Below are positions 1-7,051 of a DNA stretch of 26,910 nt, piece after piece. Each line of letters opens with the position of its first letter. Positions within the stretch are counted from its first letter, which is position 1. The notes beneath the pieces are model-generated. The model saw nothing but the letters and a program-made list of their open reading frames with translations. It ran no database searches and was not told where the DNA came from. The position numbers and the translations under genes are program-made. Source of the DNA: a virus. The stretch is taken from the UHGV virus genome UHGV-0040495, one strand, 5' to 3'.

Positions 1-1
1 T

Positions 2-76
2 GTCCTCTTAGTTAAATGGATATAACGAGCCCCTCCTAAGGGCTAATTGCAGGTTCGATTCCTGCAGGGGACACCA
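2..76 (+). tRNA. argW: tRNA-Arg (anticodon CCU)
   Basis: 75-nt sequence GTCCTCTTAG...GGTTCGATTCCTGCAGGGGACACCA folds as a cloverleaf: anticodon stem AGCCC/GGGCT, loop CTCCTAA with U33 and anticodon CCT, T-loop GGTTCGATTCC, 3' terminal CCA. Matches my recollection of enterobacterial argW, a known prophage integration site. Confidence 0.9.
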
Positions 77-171
77 TTTATCAGTTCGCTCCCATCCGTA
101 CCAGTCCGCAAAATCCCCTGAATAGCAAGCCTTCCATAGATTCACAGTTCGTAATGGTTCGCGTCAGATCG

Positions 172-201
172 TTGACAGCCGCACTCCATGACGGGTAAAA
201 A
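172..201 (+). promoter_or_regulatory. Candidate sigma70 promoter for the integrase
   Basis: TTGACA at 172-177, followed 17-18 nt later by an A-rich -10-like hexamer (GTAAAA/TAAAAA, 195-201). A 9-bp direct repeat TTTTACCCA (215-223 and 230-238) lies between it and the start codon. Sequence-only prediction. Confidence 0.25.
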
Positions 202-237
202 GTGGATAAAATAATTTTACCCACCGGATTTTTACCC

Positions 238-1398
238 ATGCTCACCGTTAAGCAGATTGAAGCAGCAAAGCCGAAAGAAAAACCATACCGCCTTCTCGAT
301 GGTAATGGCCTGTACCTTTATGTCCCTGTGTCAGGGAAAAAGGTATGGCAGCTTCGCTACAAGATTGACGGTAAGGAGAAAATCCTGACTGTCGGAAAAT
401 ATCCGCTTATGACTTTGCAGGAGGCAAGGGATAAAGCATGGACTGCGAGGAAAGACATCTCGGTTGGCATAGATCCGGTAAAAGCGAAAAAGGCTTCGTC
501 TAACAACAACTCCTTTAGTGCCATTTACAAGGAATGGTACGAGCACAAGAAGCAAGTGTGGTCTGTAGGGTATGCGACTGAACTTGCCAAAATGTTTGAT
601 GACGACATTTTACCCATCATCGGCGGTCTCGAGATTCTGGATATTGAGCCGATGCAACTGCTGGAAGTAATCCGCAGATTTGAAGATCGCGGTGCAATGG
701 AGCGAGCCAACAAAGCCCGCAGAAGATGCGGCGAGGTTTTCCGTTACGCTATTGTCACTGGTAGGGCTAAATATAACCCGGCACCTGACCTTGCTGACGC
801 CATGAAGGGATACCGCAAGAAAAACTTCCCGTTTCTTCCTGCAGACCAGATCCCGGCATTTAACAAAGCACTGGCAACATTTTCAGGAAGCATCGTATCG
901 CTCATTGCGACCAAGGTTTTACGCTATACAGCCCTAAGAACGAAAGAGCTTCGTTCCATGCAATGGAAGAACGTCGATTTTGAAAACAGGATTATCACCA
1001 TCGACGCCAGTGTGATGAAGGGTCGCAAAATTCATGTGGTTCCTATGTCAGACCAGGTGGTTGAACTTCTCACTACGCTAAGCTCAATCACTAAACCAGT
1101 ATCAGAGTTTGTTTTTGCCGGTCGCAACGATAAGAAGAAGCCAATCTGCGAGAACGCGGTATTGCTTGTGATCAAACAAATCGGCTATGAGGGTCTGGAA
1201 AGCGGTCACGGATTCAGGCATGAATTCAGCACAATTATGAACGAGCACGAATGGCCTGCTGACGCTATTGAAGTGCAACTGGCACATGCCAACGGCGGAT
1301 CTGTGCGCGGTATTTACAACCATGCGCAGTATCTCGATAAGCGCAGAGAAATGATGCAGTGGTGGGCTGATTACATCGATGGTCGCGCAGGAGAGTAA
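238..1398 (+). CDS. intS: Tyrosine site-specific integrase, P4-like family
   Basis: ORF in the track is 202..1398 with a GTG start; I prefer the ATG at 238 because P4-type integrases begin with the arm-binding motif (MLTVKQIEAAKPKEKPYRLLDGNGLYLYV...). Catalytic C-terminal region with R...HGFRH...Y (GHGFRHEFST, RGIYNHAQY). Sits immediately downstream of tRNA-Arg. The intS symbol is by recollection of the E. coli argW-adjacent integrase and is unverified. Confidence 0.85.
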   Translation: MLTVKQIEAAKPKEKPYRLLDGNGLYLYVPVSGKKVWQLRYKIDGKEKILTVGKYPLMTLQEARDKAWTARKDISVGIDPVKAKKASSNNNSFSAIYKEWYEHKKQVWSVGYATELAKMFDDDILPIIGGLEILDIEPMQLLEVIRRFEDRGAMERANKARRRCGEVFRYAIVTGRAKYNPAPDLADAMKGYRKKNFPFLPADQIPAFNKALATFSGSIVSLIATKVLRYTALRTKELRSMQWKNVDFENRIITIDASVMKGRKIHVVPMSDQVVELLTTLSSITKPVSEFVFAGRNDKKKPICENAVLLVIKQIGYEGLESGHGFRHEFSTIMNEHEWPADAIEVQLAHANGGSVRGIYNHAQYLDKRREMMQWWADYIDGRAGE

Positions 1399-1402
1399 GC
1401 CA

Positions 1403-2434
1403 TTACGCGAATTCTTCCACGATCGCCATGCCAGTAGCACCATCACCACCGGTAAATGCCGTACCGGTAAACCCAAGGTCATACGCGCCACCACCACCGG
1501 ATCCGGGAGCTGCGCCAGCAATACCGGCCTGAGAACCCGCCCGGCCACCGCCGCCAAAATACGACGCCCCACCGTTGCCCGTCAGAAGGCTTGACCCTGT
1601 CTGGCCATCTGAGCCGGTACCACCGTTGATCCTGATATCTCCGGTCGCCGCCGTACCTCCGGCGCCGCCGGCGGTATTGGACACGCCTGACTTCACTCCT
1701 CCTTTCCCGCCAGGAGCTGAGAACAGGCTGGCAAACGAGGTGGCCCCACCATCCGCACCACTTACTGCGCCAACTCCGCCCTTACCACCCTTGCCGACAG
1801 TAATCGCATAAGAACTGGCAGCAGACAGGTCAACCCATACGATAATGGTCGCGCCCGCGCCGCCGCCAGCACCGGAGAAGGTTTCTGTATTGTTGGAGGC
1901 CTGGCAGCCGCCACCGCCGCCACCGGCACCGGTCAACGTTACTTTTGCATAACGGGCCAGAGGAGATCGCGTATAGGTTCCGTTTGCATAGAAAGCTTTT
2001 GGAGCGCCAAGTGAACGCCCGACAAAACCAGAGGAATCAGATATTCCGAGGTTATAACGGGCTTCATTTATCGCATCCTCACCGGCATCTTTAATTTCTG
2101 ACAGGTTATTGCTGATCTGCAGGAATGATAACAATGATCCGGCGGTCATTAAATTCGCGACAATGTCATTCGTTGACCATACGCGTGCCGTAGTTCCTTC
2201 CTGACCACGAATTACTGTCATCACGTCACCGGATACAGACGTGACGTGCATAATTTCAGAAATTGTTTTCGTGGCCGCGTCGGTTATCGTTAATTTGAAA
2301 TAACTCTGCCCAGATACAGGGGAAGGGAATAATGACCCCGCTCCAGTACCCACGGTAATAACGGTAGCGGACGCGCTAATACCCGCAGCGAGCACACTCT
2401 TTGCGTTATTATTGGCTAATAGCTTCAGCGCCAT
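1403..2434 (-). CDS. Tail fibre protein 2: conserved N-terminal anchor domain plus glycine-rich C-terminal domain
   Basis: 343 aa. The N-terminal ~100 aa (MALKLLANNNAKSVLAAGISA...SYFKLTITDAAT...QEGTTARVW..NDIVANLMTA) is paralogous to the N-terminus of the 715-aa fibre at 4143..6290. The C-terminal half is dense in poly-Gly motifs (GAGGGGGGC, GKGGKGG, GGAGGTAATG, GSGGGG). Start has GGGG 7 nt upstream. Confidence 0.6.
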   Translation of the reverse strand: MALKLLANNNAKSVLAAGISASATVITVGTGAGSLFPSPVSGQSYFKLTITDAATKTISEIMHVTSVSGDVMTVIRGQEGTTARVWSTNDIVANLMTAGSLLSFLQISNNLSEIKDAGEDAINEARYNLGISDSSGFVGRSLGAPKAFYANGTYTRSPLARYAKVTLTGAGGGGGGCQASNNTETFSGAGGGAGATIIVWVDLSAASSYAITVGKGGKGGVGAVSGADGGATSFASLFSAPGGKGGVKSGVSNTAGGAGGTAATGDIRINGGTGSDGQTGSSLLTGNGGASYFGGGGRAGSQAGIAGAAPGSGGGGAYDLGFTGTAFTGGDGATGMAIVEEFA

Positions 2435-2445
2435 ATATACCCCAG

Positions 2446-2763
2446 TTAAATAATAGAATTATCGGAACGAACAACGCAGATAATAAACGTCACGACGCCG
2501 ATGACAGTAACATCGTCCAGGGCTTCGCCATCGATCGCTTCACCATCTTCAGTAATCAGTGACTTTCCTCTCAGCGTGGCAAGCTCCGTCCCGCCGCCGT
2601 GCTGTATAAGTAGTTGGCTACCCTGCTTTGGCTTCAGGGAGATATCCAGTACAACGTAACCACCAGATCGCTCGAAAACTAGCGTGTTTGGGCCGACATT
2701 GCAGATCGAGTTAACAGACAACCTTTGCTCGACGTAGTCCGTCGCTGGTGAAGGGAATCCCAT
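2446..2763 (-). CDS. Hypothetical protein (105 aa) with hydrophobic C-terminal segment; accessory (moron) gene
   Basis: Track ORF is 2446..2796. I prefer the internal ATG at 2763..2761 because it is preceded by GGAGG 9 nt upstream and overlaps the stop of the upstream gene (TAATG). C-terminal VTVIGVVTFIICVV is hydrophobic. AT-rich relative to flanking phage genes. Confidence 0.4.
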   Translation of the reverse strand: MGFPSPATDYVEQRLSVNSICNVGPNTLVFERSGGYVVLDISLKPKQGSQLLIQHGGGTELATLRGKSLITEDGEAIDGEALDDVTVIGVVTFIICVVRSDNSII

Positions 2764-3002
2764 TAGATCACCCTCCCCATGTTGGCCATCAGCCATAAAC
2801 GGTTTTCGCTATGGTCCGGCGTCTTATCGACGAAATACGTCTGCTCGCGTGCGATCCAGGAGTTCGCCTCCACCTCGGATAAGTGGATGCCGCGCCGGAG
2901 CAGTGCGGTAACGAAGTCTCGGGTGTGAAGGTACTGGAACCCCTTGGAACTGCGCAAAATGGACTCGCGGAAAGCCGCGGCGATGTCTGACTGACGGTGC
3001 AT
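2763..3002 (-). CDS. Hypothetical protein (79 aa); first gene of a two-gene accessory operon
   Basis: Track ORF extends to 3155, but the extension lies in an AT-rich intergenic region. The ATG at 3002..3000 is preceded by AGAGG 7 nt upstream. Its stop overlaps the next gene's start by 1 nt. No recognisable motif. Confidence 0.4.
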   Translation of the reverse strand: MHRQSDIAAAFRESILRSSKGFQYLHTRDFVTALLRRGIHLSEVEANSWIAREQTYFVDKTPDHSENRLWLMANMGRVI

Positions 3003-3167
3003 GATCTGCCTCTGATTGATACTGTTTTTATATACAGTAGTTTCATCAAAGAGTCGGATCAATACTTGATGATGACTTTGTTTTATCTTCCGGTAGCCTC
3101 TTAAATTGCTTTTCACACAACTAATTGATACCAATACGTGTTTTATCCAAGACACTCCGCCACCAAA
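3003..3167. promoter_or_regulatory. AT-rich divergent intergenic region, probable promoter region for the flanking accessory genes
   Basis: About 165 bp of AT-rich sequence between a minus-strand start (3002) and a plus-strand start (3168). Contains TTGATG and TGTATATAA elements on the minus strand. No confident -35/-10 assignment. Confidence 0.25.
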
Positions 3168-3377
3168 ATGAGTACAAAAAGTGACACTCTTGTTCGTAGA
3201 ATACTACGTAAATCAGATGGCCTGGGCCTCAAGCTCAGCAAGTCTGGGATCGACTACGAGACCCTACAGTCACATGGATGGGCTGAAGTTTCAGATGGCA
3301 CTAACACGATAATGGTGGAGCTTACTGATGGCGGTAAATTGCAATTCTTCTCATGTGTCAAACATCTGAGCGCATAA
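3168..3377 (+). CDS. Hypothetical small protein (about 69 aa) transcribed opposite to the structural operon
   Basis: ATG at 3168 (the track uses GTG at 3138). Ordinary amino-acid composition but no clear Shine-Dalgarno and no recognisable motif. Convergent with the 252-aa gene. Confidence 0.3.
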   Translation: MSTKSDTLVRRILRKSDGLGLKLSKSGIDYETLQSHGWAEVSDGTNTIMVELTDGGKLQFFSCVKHLSA

Positions 3378-3381
3378 CTCG

Positions 3382-4140
3382 TTATTGCATCGCCAGTAAA
3401 AACTGAGAGACAGATATTTTTTCTGCTGAGGTAAGAATGCCGTTCATCAACAGACAAGACTTAATGTACTTGGTACTTGTTTCGCTGTTGTTATCAGTTT
3501 TTCTACCAAGCAGTACATTATTAGTACCTGCCACCCTGGTCCCGGGAAATGTTTCACTCCCGGAAATAAGAGTTCCAGTTTCAGGATTAAATATATCTAC
3601 TGTAACGGAGCCTTGAGTTATCGATGCGCAAAATGCAAACATATCTCCGACTGCGATTGCGGTTGGGAATGTAGCGTAAGCATAACCAGCTGAAGATTGT
3701 CCGTTATTTTGTCCAACACAAAAAAGACTTCCTGTGCCGTTTGTAAACCCTACCGAAAAACCACTTGCAGCAGACCCACTGCCAGCAAAATCTGCAATCA
3801 TATGGGCGTTAAGTGATGCGCCTGCTGGATTGCGCTTGGCAACCCCACAAACAGATAATGACAGAGTAGCCTTCTGATTAGTATCCATGTAATCTGTTGT
3901 ATTTACAGATATATATCCAGGAGAATTGTTTACATTTCCATGAATGACTGCCGGAGAATCTTTATTATAAGAGTTGTAGGTTATGTCGGTTACGGGGTCC
4001 CCAAAATAGAAACCAGCATAAGGAGTTGCACCTGTGGTTGGCAGGCCAATAAACCAGTTTGACACATCAAAGTCAGATAAAGTTTTCATTCCAGAGATAA
4101 CTGGAAGAGTGGCGTCTATATAAATAGCTGATATCGGCAT
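3382..4140 (-). CDS. Beta-rich Gly/Ser/Thr/Asn-rich protein translationally coupled to the esterase tailspike; possible fibre-associated adhesin or receptor-binding module
   Basis: 252 aa. Start lies 2 nt after the stop of the 715-aa fibre gene. Composition is typical of phage receptor-binding or distal-fibre domains. AT-rich codon usage. Confidence 0.4.
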   Translation of the reverse strand: MPISAIYIDATLPVISGMKTLSDFDVSNWFIGLPTTGATPYAGFYFGDPVTDITYNSYNKDSPAVIHGNVNNSPGYISVNTTDYMDTNQKATLSLSVCGVAKRNPAGASLNAHMIADFAGSGSAASGFSVGFTNGTGSLFCVGQNNGQSSAGYAYATFPTAIAVGDMFAFCASITQGSVTVDIFNPETGTLISGSETFPGTRVAGTNNVLLGRKTDNNSETSTKYIKSCLLMNGILTSAEKISVSQFLLAMQ

Positions 4141-4142
4141 TA

Positions 4143-6290
4143 TTAAGCTCCCAGGAAAAATTCTTTTTTGATCTTTCTCGTTAGTACATATGCGCCCAAG
4201 GCGCTAAGATGCAAGGCATCTTCCCACGCACCTCCTGAACTGCTATACACTTTGGGGAATAATTGATAACCACTAATGAAATTTACATTATATTCAACCG
4301 CTATTTCCCTCATTGCTTTATCGTATTCTGACAGTGCGGGTGTTCCTGTGGCGTTACACTGTGCAGGGGACATAAGGCAAATGCAAATATCAGGAGTTGC
4401 GCTTCTATATTTAGTAATGATTTCAATAATCCCAGATTTGTACTCAGCTAGCCCCTGACTCATCCGGAAGTCATTCGTTCCAAGAATAATAAAAAGGAGG
4501 TCTATATCAAGGTATTGAGCTACTGGCTTTATCCATGATGAAAAGTTGAAATAGTCACTTGCAAATGCTCCTCCATTACCCATCCTGGATACAGTCACCC
4601 CTGATGATATTGAGTTATTTTTACCATACATACCAAGAATGGAAACAACACCAGTACCGGTGCTTTGGATTGTCACCGTATGTGCAGTAGCGCTAAGTCC
4701 GCTGAAATCATACTTCTTGGCAGTCCCTGTATTCCCTCCCGTGATTGTTACAGGTGCATTGCTGTCGATGGTGATGGTGAACGTTCCAGACCCATCATAG
4801 TAAAATACCGAAAGATTTGTTACGGTCACGCCCGTCCATACGAGCGAACCAACAGTGTTGTTGTTGTAGTATCCGTTGCCATCAGGGCCACAGCCATACG
4901 GCGGAATGTTCGTGTTATTGCTGCCACCGTCATATTTCGTAAAGTTTGTTGCGGTTACTGGTGATATTCCAGACATGACACCATCTGTTCTGTTTGAACA
5001 ACTAATCCAGCCAGGGTCTTTGTATGTACCACCAAGAATATTAATTAAAGACTGAGGAATGGTGTTTTTCTCTGTCCACGAATCGCCGGTAAAAGCAATG
5101 TTTAGGCTGGTAGACTGGCCAGCAAAAATACGGCTATTTTTGAAAAGGAACTTGTACTGATCTCCTTCGATGAAGGAACGTACCGCATCAACTTCCCCAC
5201 CAGACACCAGGTTTTTGACATATTCCTGCAATACCGGGCCAAGACCTGGAGCATCGAATAGCCCACCATTAAACCAAGCATATACGTTCCCTTGTTGGTC
5301 ATATAAAAAAGGAAAGTAATAAGGTGAAAAGTCTCCTTGCGGTATAAACTTCTGGGCCCATTCGTTTGGAATTTCAGAAACAACCTGTGTAACATTTGGC
5401 CCCAGTCCGGCCACATCAAATTTTCCGCCATCAAACCATGCTGGCACCATACCATTCCTGTCAAAGAAGGCCGGGAAATAACCAGGCCTGTATTCACCTG
5501 GGACGAGGCGTTCATTAATTTTATTATCGATTGTTTTTGAAGAAGGAGAGATTACTCCTGTAGGCTGCAAAGTTCCGGAGTTGTTTATATATTCATTTGC
5601 AAGAGAGCTATCATCCGCGCTTGTCACCCAGCATTTCGCTCCTGGCTGTATGTTCCCTGCGTCAGCATCAGCCTGTGCCGCAGCCAGCGTCGGAAACTCG
5701 CGGGTTGTCCCTGTTATGGCCGCTGTACCCGGCTGCTTCGCCTGCAGTACGGCCACACCTGCTTTGTTTTGATACTGCCATGCAGCAGAAAGCGCATCTG
5801 GCCCCTGGGCTACCCAGAACGACTGGCCGTCAGTAGTTGCTGCCAGCCCTGCGATGGTGCCATCAGGATCGCTGGCAGTCTTATAGAACGTGAACTTATT
5901 CTGTGCGTAGTCAGAAGCGTTATTTGCAAACTCTTCAGCCTGTGCTGCTGATGCAGCTGCTTGCTGCATGTACTGCGCAATCACATTCAGCGTATCCGCC
6001 GTCATCATGTTGGCAACCATGTCGTTTGCCGCCCACGCACGCGCCAGCGTTCCTTCCTGCGCACGCTCAATCGTGAAGATGTCTCCAGCCTTAGCAGTCA
6101 CGTTCACGATCTCAACCTGTGAGCCGGTGGCGGCATCGGTGAGAGTGAGTTTAAAGTAGCTCTCGCCTGCCACAGCGTCAGGGAACTCGGCACCAGTTCC
6201 AGCGCTAACGATCAGCGACGTGTCGGTTGCGCTGATAGCAGAAGCCAGCGTGCTTTCTGCGTTGTTTGTAGCCAAAAGGGTTAGTGCCAT
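4143..6290 (-). CDS. Tail fibre/tailspike protein 1 with C-terminal SGNH (GDSL-type) esterase domain
   Basis: 715 aa. N-terminal anchor paralogous to fibre 2. C-terminal region carries SGNH blocks: FTGDSW (block I GDS), LGTNDF (block III GxND) and DALHLS (block V DxxH). GGAGG Shine-Dalgarno 5-6 nt upstream of the ATG at 6290. Confidence 0.75.
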   Translation of the reverse strand: MALTLLATNNAESTLASAISATDTSLIVSAGTGAEFPDAVAGESYFKLTLTDAATGSQVEIVNVTAKAGDIFTIERAQEGTLARAWAANDMVANMMTADTLNVIAQYMQQAAASAAQAEEFANNASDYAQNKFTFYKTASDPDGTIAGLAATTDGQSFWVAQGPDALSAAWQYQNKAGVAVLQAKQPGTAAITGTTREFPTLAAAQADADAGNIQPGAKCWVTSADDSSLANEYINNSGTLQPTGVISPSSKTIDNKINERLVPGEYRPGYFPAFFDRNGMVPAWFDGGKFDVAGLGPNVTQVVSEIPNEWAQKFIPQGDFSPYYFPFLYDQQGNVYAWFNGGLFDAPGLGPVLQEYVKNLVSGGEVDAVRSFIEGDQYKFLFKNSRIFAGQSTSLNIAFTGDSWTEKNTIPQSLINILGGTYKDPGWISCSNRTDGVMSGISPVTATNFTKYDGGSNNTNIPPYGCGPDGNGYYNNNTVGSLVWTGVTVTNLSVFYYDGSGTFTITIDSNAPVTITGGNTGTAKKYDFSGLSATAHTVTIQSTGTGVVSILGMYGKNNSISSGVTVSRMGNGGAFASDYFNFSSWIKPVAQYLDIDLLFIILGTNDFRMSQGLAEYKSGIIEIITKYRSATPDICICLMSPAQCNATGTPALSEYDKAMREIAVEYNVNFISGYQLFPKVYSSSGGAWEDALHLSALGAYVLTRKIKKEFFLGA
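5235..5492 (-). repeat. Internal tandem duplication (two ~31-aa repeats) within tail fibre 1
   Basis: YRPGYFPAFFDRNGMVPAWFDGGKFDVAGLGP (aa ~267-297) and FSPYYFPFLYDQQGNVYAWFNGGLFDAPGLGP (aa ~322-352) share the pattern YFP..D..G.V.AWF.GG.FD..GLGP. Confidence 0.55.
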
Positions 6291-6312
6291 GTCTCCTCCG
6301 GGATATAGGCAT

Positions 6313-6341
6313 AAAAAAACCCGCCGAAGCGGGTTAGTTTT
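6313..6341 (-). terminator. Rho-independent terminator downstream of the lipoprotein gene
   Basis: On the minus strand, stem ACCCGC/GCGGGT with a 4-nt loop is followed by a U7 tract. It lies between the lipoprotein stop (6359) and the fibre start (6290). Confidence 0.6.
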
Positions 6342-6358
6342 TGTTGATTACTCTTGTT

Positions 6359-6991
6359 TTAATATGCATTTCGTATCGTTGTTGTTGCATCATCAATTCC
6401 GTTCTTGCTTAGAATCCAACATGATCTTGCAACATCAGCAAATTGACTTCTTACTTCAGGTGATAACCCTGGCTCTTGGTTAACGTCATTTAACATTTGC
6501 TCCAAAGAAATACCTCGCCTCTGACCGATACCAGCAGCACGGCAAAGGTTCCTTATATACAAATCAAACTCAGCTTGGTCATATTTATTTCTGGCCATAA
6601 CCAAGTAATAAACGCTATTGAGTTCATTCGATGCATTCATTACTTCCCTGCTTCTAACACATGAAACGTCTTTGTCGCACTTCTGATTATTTAGCCTATC
6701 AACCTCTTTTGAATAGTAATCATAAGTGCAACTTTCATCTTTTGAGTTGAAGCAGGTTAAAACAAGACCATTAAGAAATGCTTCATTCTCGCCATTCAAA
6801 CCAATTAACTCATTCCTTATTTTGGGGAAATTTTGCAATTGACCATTATATGATGGCATCCATTTAATTAAGGCATCTCTTTTTTCTTGCAAAGTTTCAG
6901 CAGAAGAAAAATCTCTAGATTTTTTATAAGCATTCGTTCCACATCCAGCAAGAAAAAATGAAATTGTTAATACAAGTATCATTCTTTTCAT
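6359..6991 (-). CDS. Cysteine-rich lipoprotein (moron-encoded); candidate superinfection-exclusion or envelope factor
   Basis: 210 aa. N-terminal MKRMILVLTISFFLAGCG is a signal peptide with lipobox L-A-G-C. Mature part has several Cys. AT-rich gene flanked by its own promoter-like element and terminator, inserted between baseplate and tail-fibre genes. Confidence 0.75.
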   Translation of the reverse strand: MKRMILVLTISFFLAGCGTNAYKKSRDFSSAETLQEKRDALIKWMPSYNGQLQNFPKIRNELIGLNGENEAFLNGLVLTCFNSKDESCTYDYYSKEVDRLNNQKCDKDVSCVRSREVMNASNELNSVYYLVMARNKYDQAEFDLYIRNLCRAAGIGQRRGISLEQMLNDVNQEPGLSPEVRSQFADVARSCWILSKNGIDDATTTIRNAY

Positions 6992-7011
6992 AACGACCCC
7001 GGAGAATTTTA

Positions 7012-7051
7012 TTGATGCATAAATTCTACACTATTAGTGCATTGCATCAAT
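7012..7051 (-). promoter_or_regulatory. Candidate promoter with flanking inverted repeat (operator-like) upstream of the lipoprotein gene
   Basis: On the minus strand: -35 TTGATG (7050..7045), 16-nt spacer, -10 TAGAAT (7028..7023). Inverted repeat ATTGATGCA (7011-7019) and TGCATCAAT (7043-7051) brackets the promoter. Confidence 0.35.

Noticed and set aside
202-237. GTG-initiated N-terminal extension of the integrase (MDKIILPTGFLP) given in the ORF track
   Set aside because: P4-type integrases start with the conserved arm-binding motif that begins at the ATG at 238. The extension has no Shine-Dalgarno advantage and overlaps the putative promoter and repeat region.
331-1572. Minus-strand ORFs 331..555, 525..713 and 1102..1572 overlapping the integrase
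   Set aside because: Antisense to a well-supported integrase gene; compositions are Arg/Ser/Leu-rich as expected from antisense translation.
1379-1811. Plus-strand ORFs 1379..1594 and 1575..1811 (Pro/Thr/Ala-rich)
   Set aside because: They are the antisense of the Gly-rich fibre gene (GGN codons read as NCC give Pro/Ala/Thr runs). No independent support.
2789-3155. Long N-terminal extension of the 79-aa gene (track ORF 2763..3155) and overlapping ORF 2789..3049
   Set aside because: The extension runs through the AT-rich intergenic promoter region and yields a junk-like N-terminus. The internal ATG at 3002 has a proper Shine-Dalgarno. ORF 2789..3049 is an alternative frame with Arg/Ser-rich composition.
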